Of a DNA stretch of 64,000 nt, positions 20,396-31,235 are shown in pieces (within the stretch, counting starts at the first letter, position 1; each line of letters begins with the position of its first letter). The DNA lies in contig CAVVTZ010000007.1 in assembly GCA_963751275.1 (NCBI GenBank), forward strand, positions 800,001 to 864,000, given 5' to 3'. This DNA comes from an uncultured Gemmatimonadaceae bacterium. GTDB taxonomy: Bacteria; Gemmatimonadota; Gemmatimonadetes; Gemmatimonadales; Gemmatimonadaceae. A model generated the notes under the pieces. It did no database searches and was not told the DNA's origin. It saw only the letters and a list, made by a program, of their open reading frames with translations. A program made the position numbers and the translations under genes.

Positions 20396-20890
20396 TTAGA
20401 GCCTACGGCCTCTTCGTTGCCAGTGTCCGCTCCTGCCTCCAGCCTTTTCGAGTAAGCAGATGTCGTTGATGCTCATGTCTTTATCGATTGCCTTGGCCAT
20501 GTCGTACACGGTGATCAAACTGACGGCCACTGCAGTGATCGCTTCCATTTCGACCCCGGTCTTTCCCGTCGTTCGGACGGTCGCCTCACAGCGTATCCCG
20601 GGGAGCTTCTTGTCGGACGTTAGAACAACTTTAACGTTAGCCAAATTCAGGGGGTGGCACAAGGGAATCAGGTCCGAAGTCCGCTTGGCTGCCATGATCC
20701 CTGCCACTTTGGCTACAGATAATACGTCTCCCTTGGCCAAAGAGTTCCGCTGAATGGCCATCAAAGTTTCGGCTTTCATTCGGATGCTCCCGCTGGCGGT
20801 CGCCACGCGGTCGGTATCCGGCTTGCCGGAGACATCCACCATCCGCGCCGACCCGTCGGGCGCAGCGTGCGAGAGCTTCTTCGCGGTCAT
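20396..20890 (-). CDS. moaC: Cyclic pyranopterin monophosphate synthase MoaC
   Basis: MVDVSGK, KGDVL, LIPLCHP, TGVEMEA, YDMAKA, LLEKAGGRSG. Confidence 0.95.
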   Translation of the reverse strand: MTAKKLSHAAPDGSARMVDVSGKPDTDRVATASGSIRMKAETLMAIQRNSLAKGDVLSVAKVAGIMAAKRTSDLIPLCHPLNLANVKVVLTSDKKLPGIRCEATVRTTGKTGVEMEAITAVAVSLITVYDMAKAIDKDMSINDICLLEKAGGRSGHWQRRGRRL

Positions 20891-21963
20891 CCGAGTGTCC
20901 GCTCCAGCCGGCGCACGAGGGCGGCGCCGAGCAGGTGCGGATTGATGTTGTTCCCCGCGCTCTCGCGCGCCTCCTGCACCGCGTCGATCGCGCGGCTGGC
21001 AGCGACGGCGGCGTGGGGGTCGTTGTGCAGCACCGCCTCGCGCGCGCGTTGGTGTAGCAGCGACGTCATGGCGTCGAGCATGTCGGAGAAGAACCCGCGG
21101 GCCTTCGATCCACCGAGCGAGAGAATGGTGCGGGCCTGGGTCGCGCGGTCGCCGACGGCCGCGGCCAGCAGTTGGCGGGCGGCGGCGACGGCTTCCTCCC
21201 GCGACGATGAGGCGAGCAGCGTCCCCGGCGCTCCGGCGGCGAGCTCGGCGCGCGCGTCGTCCCCCTTGGGCGCGCCGGCCGCATCGAGCGCGGCGCGCAC
21301 CTGGGCATTGGCGAGCCAGGCGCGCACCTCGCGCTCCGGGAGAGGCGGCACGCGCATCGCCACGATGCGGGACCGGATCGTCGGCAGGAGGGCGCCGGGT
21401 TCGCTGGTCGTGATGATCACGGTCGTGTCCGTTGGCGGCTCCTCGAGCAGTTTCAAGAACGCGTTCGCCGCCGCCTCGGCGCCCGTCTGCGCGACCATGC
21501 GCTCGGCGTCGCCGACGATGATCACCTTACGCTGCGCGACCGTGGGCGTGTACGCGGCGTGCTGGACGAGGCCGCGCACGGAGGCGACGAAGATCGCCTC
21601 GAGTCCCGAGGGCGGCGGATAGAGTCCACCGTTCGCCGCGCGTTCGGCCGCGGCTTCGGCATATTCATCGAGTACTTCCTGCGGCGAGGGGTCGTCGGAG
21701 CCGTCGGCTTTGAGGCGCGGGAAGAACCAGCGCAGATCGGGGTGCACGAGTTGCAGCACGTACTTGCACTGCGTGCACGTGCCGCACGGGCGTTCGCCGG
21801 TGCCGTCGCAGAGCAGGAGCTGGCCGAGCCAGAGCGCGAGTCGCTGCTTGCCGGCGCCGCGCGGTCCGTGCAGGAGCAGGCTCGCCGGGAGGGCACCGCG
21901 CGCGACGGTCTCGCTGAGGCGGCGGCGGAGCGCATTGTGGCCGTAGAGCGGAAGGAGAGGCAC
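20887..21963 (-). CDS. holB: DNA polymerase III delta-prime subunit
   Basis: GPRGAGK, zinc Cys cluster, HPD, AANAFLKLLEEPP, LPTIRSR. Confidence 0.9.
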   Translation of the reverse strand: MPLLPLYGHNALRRRLSETVARGALPASLLLHGPRGAGKQRLALWLGQLLLCDGTGERPCGTCTQCKYVLQLVHPDLRWFFPRLKADGSDDPSPQEVLDEYAEAAAERAANGGLYPPPSGLEAIFVASVRGLVQHAAYTPTVAQRKVIIVGDAERMVAQTGAEAAANAFLKLLEEPPTDTTVIITTSEPGALLPTIRSRIVAMRVPPLPEREVRAWLANAQVRAALDAAGAPKGDDARAELAAGAPGTLLASSSREEAVAAARQLLAAAVGDRATQARTILSLGGSKARGFFSDMLDAMTSLLHQRAREAVLHNDPHAAVAASRAIDAVQEARESAGNNINPHLLGAALVRRLERTLG

Positions 21964-22106
21964 GAATGGGAATATGGGGGGTTCAACATTGCAACGACAG
22001 ACGGTGGACGGCAGGACGCAGTACTACATGGGCGCCAACGACAGACGGCAGGCGGGAGGGCGCTGTACTACATTCGGGGCGAAATTCCACCGAGCACGGA
22101 GGCGCA

Positions 22107-23151
22107 ATGCGGGTAGGGACAGGGATCGTCGCGGCTGGTTGCTTCATCCTCGCCGCCGCGGCGCGTGCGCAGTCGGGGACGATCATCGTCGTGAACAAGG
22201 CGGGATCCACGGTGTCGCTCGTGGATCTCAAGACACACGCGCTCACGGCGACGGTGCCGACCGGCGAGGGGCCGCACGAGACCGCGGTCTCGCCGGACGG
22301 CCGGCTGGCGCTCGTGACGGACTATGGGCCGGCGCGTTCCGCCGGCTCGACGATCACGGTGATCGACATTGCGCAGGGCGCGCTCGACAAGACGATCTCG
22401 ATCGCCCCGCACCGCCGCCCGCACGGGATCGTGTGGCTCCCCGACGGGAAGCGCGCGCTCGTGACGTCCGAATCCGACAGCGCACTGCTCGTCGTGGATG
22501 TGGACAGCGGCGCCGTGACGTCGGTGATCCGCACCGGGCAGGCGGGCTCGCAGCTCATTGCGCTCACGCCGGACGGCGAACGCGTGTACGTCACGAATCT
22601 CATCTCGGGCAGCGTGACGCTCCTCGACTTGGCGACGCACGCGGCGCTGCGCACGGCCGTGGTCCCGGGGGGCGCCGAGGGGCTGGCGCTCCGTCCCGAC
22701 GGAAAGGAGGTGTGGGTGACCAGCCGCGCGTCGGACCGGATCACCGTGCTGTCGGCCGATGATCTGTCGGTGCTGGCGACGATCGAGACCGGCAAGTATC
22801 CGAATGCGCCTGCGCTTCACGCCCGACGGGAAGCTGGCGCTGGTCACGTGCGCGAAGTCATCGGAGTTGCGATTGATCGACGTGGAGCGCCGGAAGGAGG
22901 CGGCCTCGATCAAGATGGAGGTGTCGAAGGCCGCGCTGCACGGCGCGACGTCGGCGGAGGGCTACGAGACGAACACGGTGCCGCTGGGGATCGCGATGTC
23001 GCCGGACGGGGCGTGGGCGTTCGTGGCGCTGGGAGGGACGGATGCGGTGGCGGCGGTGTCGATCAGCAAGCGGGACATCGTGTGGGTGGGATTCGTTGGG
23101 CGGGAACCGGAAGGGATCGCGTATTCATCCATCGTGCGGCGGCCGGCTGAA

Positions 23152-23154
<3 letters not shown>
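22107..23154 (+). CDS. YVTN-type beta-propeller secreted protein (frameshift near 22800)
   Basis: Signal peptide; repeated blades (PHETAVSPDG, TPDGERVYV); continues in ORF 22759..23154. Confidence 0.8.
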
Positions 23155-23962
<808 letters not shown>

Positions 23963-24028
23963 CTACGCTCCTGTGAGTGTCATCGAGCGGCGAAGATGCG
24001 TCGCGCCGGCGGATCCGCTAGAGTGTGG

Positions 24029-24163
24029 CGCCCCGAACGCCGTCATTGGTCCCCCGAACTCCGTGAATCGCGAGTGGTTCGTCGTACCACGAACGACTCG
24101 TCATTCACGGAGTTCGGGGTACCAATGACGTGCGTCGAGGTTCGACAAACGGAGTTCGGGGTG
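24029..24163. repeat. Family B nested palindrome
   Basis: Inner TGGTCCCCCGAACTCCGT / ACGGAGTTCGGGG pair within an outer CCCCGAACGCCGT / ACGGAGTTCGGGG pair. Confidence 0.8.
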
Positions 24164-24185
24164 TGACGAGTGGAACCACTGGCGA

Positions 24186-24936
24186 GTGGAGCGTATAGTA
24201 TCGTCTAACCCAACCGGCGAGTTGCGAGTGGTCAGCAGGCATCATTGGATCGTGAGGCTCACCCACTGGATCAACGTGGTCGCGCTGACCGTGATGGTCG
24301 GGAGCGGGCTGCGCATCTTCAACGCGTATCCGGCGTTCGCGCGGCGCGGCGATTCGTTCTGCTGCTATCCCTTCGCCGGCGATCCGATCCCGGCGAAGCT
24401 CACCTTCGGCGCCTGGCTTGGCGGGGCGCGGCACTGGCACTTCGCGATGATGTGGGTGCTGGCCCTGAACGGGCTCGTGTATCTCACCTTCGTCTATCTG
24501 CACGGCGAATGGCGCGATCTCGTCCCGCGGCGCGGCGACATCCGTGATGCGTGGGAGATGGTCAAGTTCTACACGTTCCGCGCGAAAGGATCATCCGCAC
24601 GGCGGCAAGCACAACGCGCTGCAGAAGGCGACGTACTTCGCGATGCCGATCCTCGGCGCGCTCGCGGTGATCACCGGGCTCGCGATCTGGAAGCCGGTGC
24701 AGTTGGGCTGGCTCACGAACCTCATGGGCGGCTACGTGTGGGCGCGCTATTGGCACTTCCTCGTGATGATCGCGCTCGTCGTGCTCTCGGTGGGGCACGT
24801 GTTCATGGTGTTCGCGGTGGATCCGTATTCATTGCGCTCGATGCTCACCGGCGGCTACAACGAGAAGAATTCGCCCGAGGCGCGCAACGCGCGGCCGTTC
24901 TACCATCTGCTGCCGAGGAAGACCGATGACGGTTGA
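24186..24936 (+). CDS. Cytochrome b/b6-type membrane subunit (frameshift near 24580); start uncertain
   Basis: RLTHWIN, ARHWHF, KHNALQK, ARYWHF..GHV haem ligands. Confidence 0.8.
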
Positions 24937-25640
24937 CCGGCGGGACTTCCTGCGCACCGGCGCGTTCGCGCTCGCGGCGGCGGTGCTGGAGGCGTGCGAC
25001 AGCCGGGGGCCGGCCGCGGCGAAGCCGCTGCTGCAGTTCGCGGAGCAGAAGAACGCCGTGGTGGAGGCGGGACTCTTCCGCCACCGGTCCATCGACCGCG
25101 CGAGCGCGCGGGCGGCGTCGGCGGGACACTCGTTCCCGTCGTACTTCATCTCGGAGCACGTCCCGATGTGGGACGAGAAGGTGCGCGGCCCCTGGTCGCT
25201 CGAGGTGAGCGGCGCGGTGAAGACGCCGCTGAAGCTGTCGCTCGACGATCTGATGAAGCTGCCCGCGATCCAGCAGCGCGTGGACCACTTCTGCGTGGAG
25301 GGCTGGACCGCGGTGGCGGTCTGGCGCGGCGTACGCGTGAGCGAGCTCGCGCGGCTCGCCGGCATCACGCCCGACGCCGGCTTCGTCGACTTCCAGAGCT
25401 TCGACGACGGCTATCACGAGTCGTGGGACCTCGCGAGCGCGATGCATCCGCAGACGCTCGTCGCCTACGCGATGGATGATCACATGCTCGGCGTCGACCA
25501 CGGCGCGCCGGCGCGCATCCATTCGCCGGTGAAGCTCGGCTACAAGAACACGAAGTACCTCACGAAGATCGTGTTCCTGCCAGAGCGCGAACGGGGGGTA
25601 CTGGAGTGACGAGGGGTACGAGTGGTTCGGAGGTACCTGA
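24926..25640 (+). CDS. Molybdopterin-dependent oxidoreductase, sulfite oxidase/MsrP family (frameshift near 25585)
   Basis: Tat motif DRRDFL; HFCVEGW; HGAPAR; KLGYKNTK; shifted frame gives GGYWSDEGYEWFGGT*. Confidence 0.85.
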
Positions 25641-25666
25641 AGCGAACGACGTAAGACGTTAGACGC

Positions 25667-26122
25667 TCAGCGCGCATTCTGGCGCCGAGCTGAACGTCTC
25701 CCGGTCGATTCTTGGACCGCGATGCGGAAGACGATGTCGCGGAAGGGGACGGGGTCGTCTTCGCGGAAGGTCGCGGGCAGGAGACGGCGCAGGATCGTGA
25801 GGGCATCGGCCCATTCGTTCTTGGCGCCGGGCGGGACCTCGGGCTCGAGGATGTAGATGCCGCCGTGCACGACGACGCTCTGCCAGTCGAAGAACGACTT
25901 CACCTCATCGACCTCGAACGCCACCCACTTGTTCTTCTCGAGTGTCGCGAGCTTCGTGCCCAGCGATGTGCGCCCGTACAGCCAGCCGCCGGAATGCACG
26001 TAGCTGATCGGCTCGATGTTCACGCGGTCGTGCATCGAGTAGGCGAGGCGGCCGACATGATTGCGCTCGAGGAGCGCGGTGATCTCCTCGGGAGTCAGAT
26101 CACTGATATGCGGGCTGTCCAT
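25667..26122 (-). CDS. Pyridoxamine 5'-phosphate oxidase-like FMN-binding protein
   Basis: VGRLAY, VAFEVDEV, WQSVVVHG. Confidence 0.85.
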   Translation of the reverse strand: MDSPHISDLTPEEITALLERNHVGRLAYSMHDRVNIEPISYVHSGGWLYGRTSLGTKLATLEKNKWVAFEVDEVKSFFDWQSVVVHGGIYILEPEVPPGAKNEWADALTILRRLLPATFREDDPVPFRDIVFRIAVQESTGRRSARRQNAR

Positions 26123-26159
26123 GCCTTTAGTCTGGGGCCATGGAACGGGAAGCTCAAGG

Positions 26160-26322
26160 TGAACGGCGCGCCTAGTTCCTAGTACCGCTGAAGAAGCGCG
26201 TGTAGCAACTGAGCGTATAGTACTCCTCGGCGGGAGTAGCTACCCACGCAGAGGTGTACCATACGCTCAGTTGCCAGACGCGCTCTTCCAGCGGTACTAG
26301 TAGCTAGACACGCCCTTGTTCA
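26160..26322. repeat. Family A palindrome, copy 3 (GCAACTGAGCGTA variant)
   Basis: TGAACGGCGCG..CTAGTACCGCT arm and its inverse. Confidence 0.85.
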
Positions 26323-27351
26323 ATTCGCCTTTACGAGCCGCACCTCCCCCGACCCGCTCTCGATCTTGATCGTGCCCTTGCCGTCGCCGATCTTGCCGAC
26401 GAGGCGGTCGCTCTCGTAGTGGCTGACCTGGATCTCCATCTCGGCCTTCACGCCGCCGCTGCCGGCGTCGATGTCGAGCTGGGCGCCGAGCGTGGACGGG
26501 ATGTGCAGGGTGACGGTTCCGGACCCGCTATCGATGTCCAGGCGGTCCACGTCGCCCGTGAGGGCGATGTCCACGTCGCCGCTGCCGGAGTCGAGTGAGA
26601 TCGAGCGCGCGCCGAGTCCGGTGATCGTGACCTCGCCCGAACCGCTGTCGAGGTCGGCCTTGTCCACCGTGATCGCGTCGGCGCGGATGTCGCCGGAGCC
26701 GGAATCGAGCTTGAGGATCGAGCCCGTCACCTTCGAGATCGTGACCTCGCCCGATCCGCTGTCGATCGTGAGGTCGCCGTCGGCGTTGGCGATCTTCGCG
26801 GTGCCGGAGCCGGTGTCGAGCGACAGGCTGCCCTTGGTGTTCTCGGTGGTGACGTCGGCGCCGGCGGCATCGACGCTGATGTTGCCGTTCACGTTCGAAA
26901 TGCTCACGCTGCCGACGCCGAGGTTGAGCGTCACGGTCTTGCCCGCGGGAATGCTCACGACGAGGTTCGCCGCGGCCTCGAGGCCGCTGCCGTCGCCGGT
27001 GATCCGCACGCGGTGGCCGCCGCTGCGGCCATTGAACGTGCCGTCATCGTACACGTCGAGCGTGGTGGTCGAGTGGCGGCCGAGCTTGGGGTAGATGATG
27101 TGCGTGTCGGGGAAGATGACGCGCAGGGTGTTCTTGGAGCCGATCATGCCGGTCTCGATCGTGAGCTTGGAGGCGTCGGGGCCGGTGCGCGACACGGCGA
27201 CGGACACATCGCTGCCCGTGCCCGCGACGGCGCGGATCTCACCGACGAGGTCGTAGATCGCGATGCTCGAGCCGCTCAAGGAGCGTTGATCGGACTGGGC
27301 GACGAGGATGGTCGGGGCGAGCAATAAGGCGGCAACGAGATGCGGGCGCAT
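26320..27351 (-). CDS. DUF4097 beta-strand repeat (putative adhesin) protein
   Basis: Signal peptide; repeated DSGSG-x-V units. Confidence 0.85.
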   Translation of the reverse strand: MRPHLVAALLLAPTILVAQSDQRSLSGSSIAIYDLVGEIRAVAGTGSDVSVAVSRTGPDASKLTIETGMIGSKNTLRVIFPDTHIIYPKLGRHSTTTLDVYDDGTFNGRSGGHRVRITGDGSGLEAAANLVVSIPAGKTVTLNLGVGSVSISNVNGNISVDAAGADVTTENTKGSLSLDTGSGTAKIANADGDLTIDSGSGEVTISKVTGSILKLDSGSGDIRADAITVDKADLDSGSGEVTITGLGARSISLDSGSGDVDIALTGDVDRLDIDSGSGTVTLHIPSTLGAQLDIDAGSGGVKAEMEIQVSHYESDRLVGKIGDGKGTIKIESGSGEVRLVKAN

Positions 27352-27454
27352 GGGGGGCTCAATGGGGTAGAGGACTTAGCTTCGACAGCCCCTACGCGCG
27401 CTTGGTTGGAAGAGATTCTCCAACTACTAACGGCGTTGCTGGAACCCCTCACCA

Positions 27455-27580
27455 CGTACTTGGTCCCCCGAACTCCGTTGATGGGAGCTGAGGCGTGGTC
27501 ACGGCTAGTGCGTTCCTAGCAACGCCCTAGCCGTGACCACGCCTCAGTTGCTATCAACGGAGTTCGGGGGACCAGCAACG
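27455..27580. repeat. Family B palindrome
   Basis: TGGTCCCCCGAACTCCGTTGAT..CTGAGGCGTGGTCACGGCTAG / inverse; loop GCGTTCCTAGCAACGC. Confidence 0.9.
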
Positions 27581-27593
27581 CCGTGTCTAGTCG

Positions 27594-28409
27594 TCAGGAC
27601 GGGATCAACACTCCGGCATCAAGGAGCGCATTGGCGATCTCGAGTCCTTCCCGCGGCGCCATTGATGCGGCATTGATCGCGTCGGAGAGTGGCCGCTCGC
27701 CGTCCAGGTAAGCCGTGAGCGACTCGATCGTCTCGGTCCAGCGGAGCACCGTGACGCGTCCGCGGGGGGAGCGCGCGAACACGAGGGTGGTCTCGGACTT
27801 CTCCGTCGCGGGCGGATCGGCGGGCGCGTCATCGTTCGCGGCCAGCGCCAGTAGCGGCTGGAAGATCGCGGGCAGGTCCCACGCGAAGCGCAGCACCGAC
27901 GCATCCGGATTGACGACGACGGCCAGCTGCGGGCGCGCGCGCAGCGGCGCGCCGCTCACCACGCGCGGCCCGCTCTCGGCGATGAGCTGCGCGTTCTCGT
28001 AGCGCACGAGGTCGGCCGCGTAGGGGGGCGCGCCGCGCGCGTCGGCGAGATAGGCCTGGACGAGGCGCGCGATGTCGCGCGCGGTGGTGCGGCTGCCCAG
28101 GATGATCGTGGGCATGAGGTTCGCGAATTCGGGGGTGTTGAGCAGCCCCGTGGGCGACCGGCCCGTGAAGCGCGAGAGCGCCCGCGAATACTTGTGATAG
28201 TGCGTGATGCGCCGGAGGTAGAACTCGCGCGCGAGGAATCGCGCGTAGCGGTCGATGCGCCGCGCCTCGCCGGCGCGGATCTTGTCCACCTGCGCGGCGG
28301 AGAGGCCGCCATACGCGGTGCCGCCATCCACGTGCGTCAGCGCGTGACGGAAGGGGGCGTCCGCCAAGAGCCGGATCAGCGAATCCTGGAGCGCGCGGTC
28401 GGCGTCCAT
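27594..28409 (-). CDS. Putative MNIO partner protein (DUF2063-like N-terminus, C-terminal winged-helix/RRE-like)
   Basis: Starts 2 bp after the DUF692 stop; ADLVRYE motif; LDGERPL..LLDAGVL C-terminus. Confidence 0.6.
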   Translation of the reverse strand: MDADRALQDSLIRLLADAPFRHALTHVDGGTAYGGLSAAQVDKIRAGEARRIDRYARFLAREFYLRRITHYHKYSRALSRFTGRSPTGLLNTPEFANLMPTIILGSRTTARDIARLVQAYLADARGAPPYAADLVRYENAQLIAESGPRVVSGAPLRARPQLAVVVNPDASVLRFAWDLPAIFQPLLALAANDDAPADPPATEKSETTLVFARSPRGRVTVLRWTETIESLTAYLDGERPLSDAINAASMAPREGLEIANALLDAGVLIPS

Positions 28410-28411
28410 GC

Positions 28412-29281
28412 TCAGCGCGCCAGCCGTTCGCGGAGCTGCGTGACGGCGCCGATCACCAGGCGCGCCTCGAGCGCGGGGCTGGTGGCGTCGAAGGTCACGG
28501 CGCGCACGCCCCGGCAGCAATCCACCGCGTACTGCGTGAACTCCATCATCTCCTCGCTCGGCGCGGCGGGCGCCATCCACGGGCCCTCGAGATCGGCGTC
28601 CTCGCTCATGCCGCCCGTGTGGATCACCGACACGCGCTCCAGCGGATATTCATGGAGCAGTCCGTACGGATCGGTGTTGCGCAGCTCGGCGCTCACCCAC
28701 AGGTGAGCGAGGTTGAGCAACAGCGCGCCGCGGCTCGTCTCGAGCAGGCGCGTCACGAAGCGACCTTCGCTCACGGCGCTGCCCGGGAGCGTGAAGGCCG
28801 ACGGCACGTTCTCGATGAGCAGCGGGCGGCCGAGCGCGGCGGCGAGCGTGAGGATGTTCGCGGTGAAGCGCTCGCGCATCTCGTCGGTGTAGAGCGGCGG
28901 GAAGACGGAATCGAGATCGTATTTCCCGTCGAGCGTGCGCATGCATTGCACGCGCTCGGTGACCCACGGCGCATTGCAGATGGCGGCGAGTTGCTTGAGG
29001 ACTTCGGTGGCGCGTTCGTCGAACGGGTCGGCGAGCTGGCCGTGCAGGTCGTGCACCGGAAGGGCGAGGCGCTCGCGCAGGGCGGGGAAGTGCGGATCGC
29101 TCTGGCGTGGCGGCTCGGTGATGACGAGATGGTCGAAGAGCTCGGCGGCGGAGAGGAGCTCGCGTCCGATGTGCGGATTGTAGCAGGCGCCGATCCAGAG
29201 GCCCGCGGAGCGCGGTTTGGCCGGCGGCGGAGGAGCGCCGGCCGGCGCGGGAGGAGCGGAAGGAGGCGATTCGTCGGCCAT
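28412..29281 (-). CDS. Divergent DUF692 / multinuclear non-haem iron oxidase (MNIO) family protein
   Basis: LPVH, PWVTE, PPLYT, LGRPLLIENV, SEGRF, LLLNLAHLWVS, PLERV..IHTGG in DUF692 order. Confidence 0.7.
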   Translation of the reverse strand: MADESPPSAPPAPAGAPPPPAKPRSAGLWIGACYNPHIGRELLSAAELFDHLVITEPPRQSDPHFPALRERLALPVHDLHGQLADPFDERATEVLKQLAAICNAPWVTERVQCMRTLDGKYDLDSVFPPLYTDEMRERFTANILTLAAALGRPLLIENVPSAFTLPGSAVSEGRFVTRLLETSRGALLLNLAHLWVSAELRNTDPYGLLHEYPLERVSVIHTGGMSEDADLEGPWMAPAAPSEEMMEFTQYAVDCCRGVRAVTFDATSPALEARLVIGAVTQLRERLAR

Positions 29282-29363
29282 GCGGGTGAACAAGAGTTAT
29301 CGGGGTCCACGTGGCGGGGCAAGACCACGAACGTTTCAACGGCGTGAGTGGCGACCCAAACCA

Positions 29364-29489
29364 CGTTCTTGGTCCCCCGACCTCCGTTGATAGCAATTGA
29401 GGGGTGGCCACGGCGAATGCGTTCCTAGCAACGCTCTAGCCGTGACCACGCCTCAGTTGCTATCAACGGAGGTCGGGGGACCAAGGACG
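29364..29489. repeat. Family B palindrome
   Basis: Near copy of 27455-27580, same loop and orientation. Confidence 0.9.
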
Positions 29490-29563
29490 ACGTTCGGGTC
29501 GCCATTCTCTCGTCGCCGGCATCTCCTGATTGCGCGAGGTCGAGTGCGTTCATAGCGTTCGGC

Positions 29564-30079
29564 ATGAGCAAGAGTGCCCGTTCTCCCTACGCAAAGCTGC
29601 GCGACATGTGGCTGCGTCTGAGTCCGCTGCCGGGTGGGAAATGGATGTTCATCAAGGCGCTGGGGTACACGGCGCCTTATACGCGCACCATTGGCGCGCG
29701 CGTGGTGGAGCTGCGCGAAGGGTACGCGAAGGTGACGATGCGCGACCGGTGGACCGTGCGGAACCATTTGCGGTCCGTGCACGCGATCGCGCTCATGAAC
29801 ATGGGCGAGCTGACCACCGGACTCGCGGGGACGTTCGGCCTGCCGGATGATTCGCGCGGGATCCCCGTGCGGCTCGAGATCCAGTTCCTGAAGAAGGCGC
29901 GCGGGCTGCTGACGGCGGAGTGCACGACGGGGCCGGTGGATGCGCGGACCGAGAAAGAGTACGACTTCGTCGCGGTGATCCGGAACGCGGCGGGCGAGGA
30001 TGTGGCGCGCTGCACGGCGCGCTGGCGGATCGGACCGGCGGCCCCGTCCGCCGCGACTGCCGCGGCGGCCGCGCGGTGA
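29564..30079 (+). CDS. Hotdog-fold PaaI/DUF4442 thioesterase-like protein
   Basis: APYTRTI, NHLRSVHAIAL..E, FLKKARG. Confidence 0.85.
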   Translation: MSKSARSPYAKLRDMWLRLSPLPGGKWMFIKALGYTAPYTRTIGARVVELREGYAKVTMRDRWTVRNHLRSVHAIALMNMGELTTGLAGTFGLPDDSRGIPVRLEIQFLKKARGLLTAECTTGPVDARTEKEYDFVAVIRNAAGEDVARCTARWRIGPAAPSAATAAAAAR

Positions 30080-31063
30080 GCTTCGCGTCGCTGCTGGACA
30101 CGCCGTTCACGCGGCAGGCGCAGCATCGAGGTGCCGCTCATCGGCGGCGCGATGTACCCGTGCGGGAATCCGGAGCTCATCGCGGCGGTGTCGGAGGCGG
30201 GCGGGATCGGCATCGTCCAGCCGATCTCGCTCACGTACGTGCACGGGCACGAGTATCGCGAGGGGCTGCAGTTCATCAAGTCGCTGACGAAGAAGCCGGT
30301 GGGGATGAACGCGCTCATCGAGCAGTCATCGAAGACGTACCACGAGAAGATGGTGCGATGGGTGAACATCGCGGTGGAGGAAGGGATCCGGTTCTTCGTG
30401 ACGTCGCTGGGAAATCCGCGCTGGGTGGTGGACGCGGTGCGCGGCGCCGGGGGGGTGGTCTACCACGACGTGACCGAGCGGAAGTGGGCGCAGAAGGGGC
30501 TCGACGGCGGCGTGCAGGGGCTGATCGCGGTGAACAACCGCGCGGGCGGCCATGCCGGGCCGAAGAGCGCGCAGCAGTTGATCGACGAGCTGGGCGATCT
30601 GGGCGTGCCGATGATCTGCGCCGGCGGCGTGGGCGACGCGCCCGACTTCGTGGCGGCACTCAGGATGGGTTACGCCGGCGTGCAGATGGGCACGCGATTC
30701 ATCGCGACGCCGGAGTGCCGGGCGTCGGATGCGTACAAACGGGCGATCGTGGACAGCGACGCGTCGCGGATCGTGCTCACCGAGCGGATCACGGGCGTGC
30801 CGGTGGCGGTGATCGATACGCCGACGATCGAGAAGATGGGGCTGAAGGCGGGGCCGCTCGCGCGCTGGATGCTCCGCGGGCGGAAGCGGAAGCACTGGAT
30901 GCGGATGATCTACGCGCTCAAATCGCTGCACTCCTTGAAGAAGGCGTCGCTGAGCGAGACCGCTGACTATTGGCAGGCCGGAAAATCGGTGGACGGGATC
31001 ACGGCGATCGAGCCGGCGGGCAGCATCGTGCGCAGATTCGCGAACGCGGCGAGAACTGCCTAG
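30076..31063 (+). CDS. Nitronate monooxygenase family flavoprotein (frameshift near 30120)
   Basis: PLIGGAM, AGGIG, AGGHAG, AGGVGD, QMGTRF, AGKSV. Confidence 0.85.
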
Positions 31064-31082
31064 AACGGCGAACCCCTAGATC

Positions 31083-31221
31083 CGTACTTGGTCCCCCGAA
31101 CTCCGCTGGTGGTCTTAGCGTCTGGTAACTGCTGAGGCGTCCTTCGTGTTGCGCATACCAGCAACGCCTGAGCCGTGGCCACGCGCCAAGGCCACATCCG
31201 GAGTTCGGGGGACCAAGTACG
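31083..31221. repeat. Family B palindrome with divergent, A-like interior
   Basis: CGTACTTGGTCCCCCGAACTCCG / CGGAGTTCGGGGGACCAAGTACG perfect ends. Confidence 0.85.
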
Positions 31222-31235
31222 TAGTTAGGGAGTGT

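Noticed and set aside
20314..20430. Riboswitch (c-di-AMP or c-di-GMP) upstream of the SLT gene
   Set aside because: Only small hairpins are present, and I could not recognise the conserved aptamer motifs
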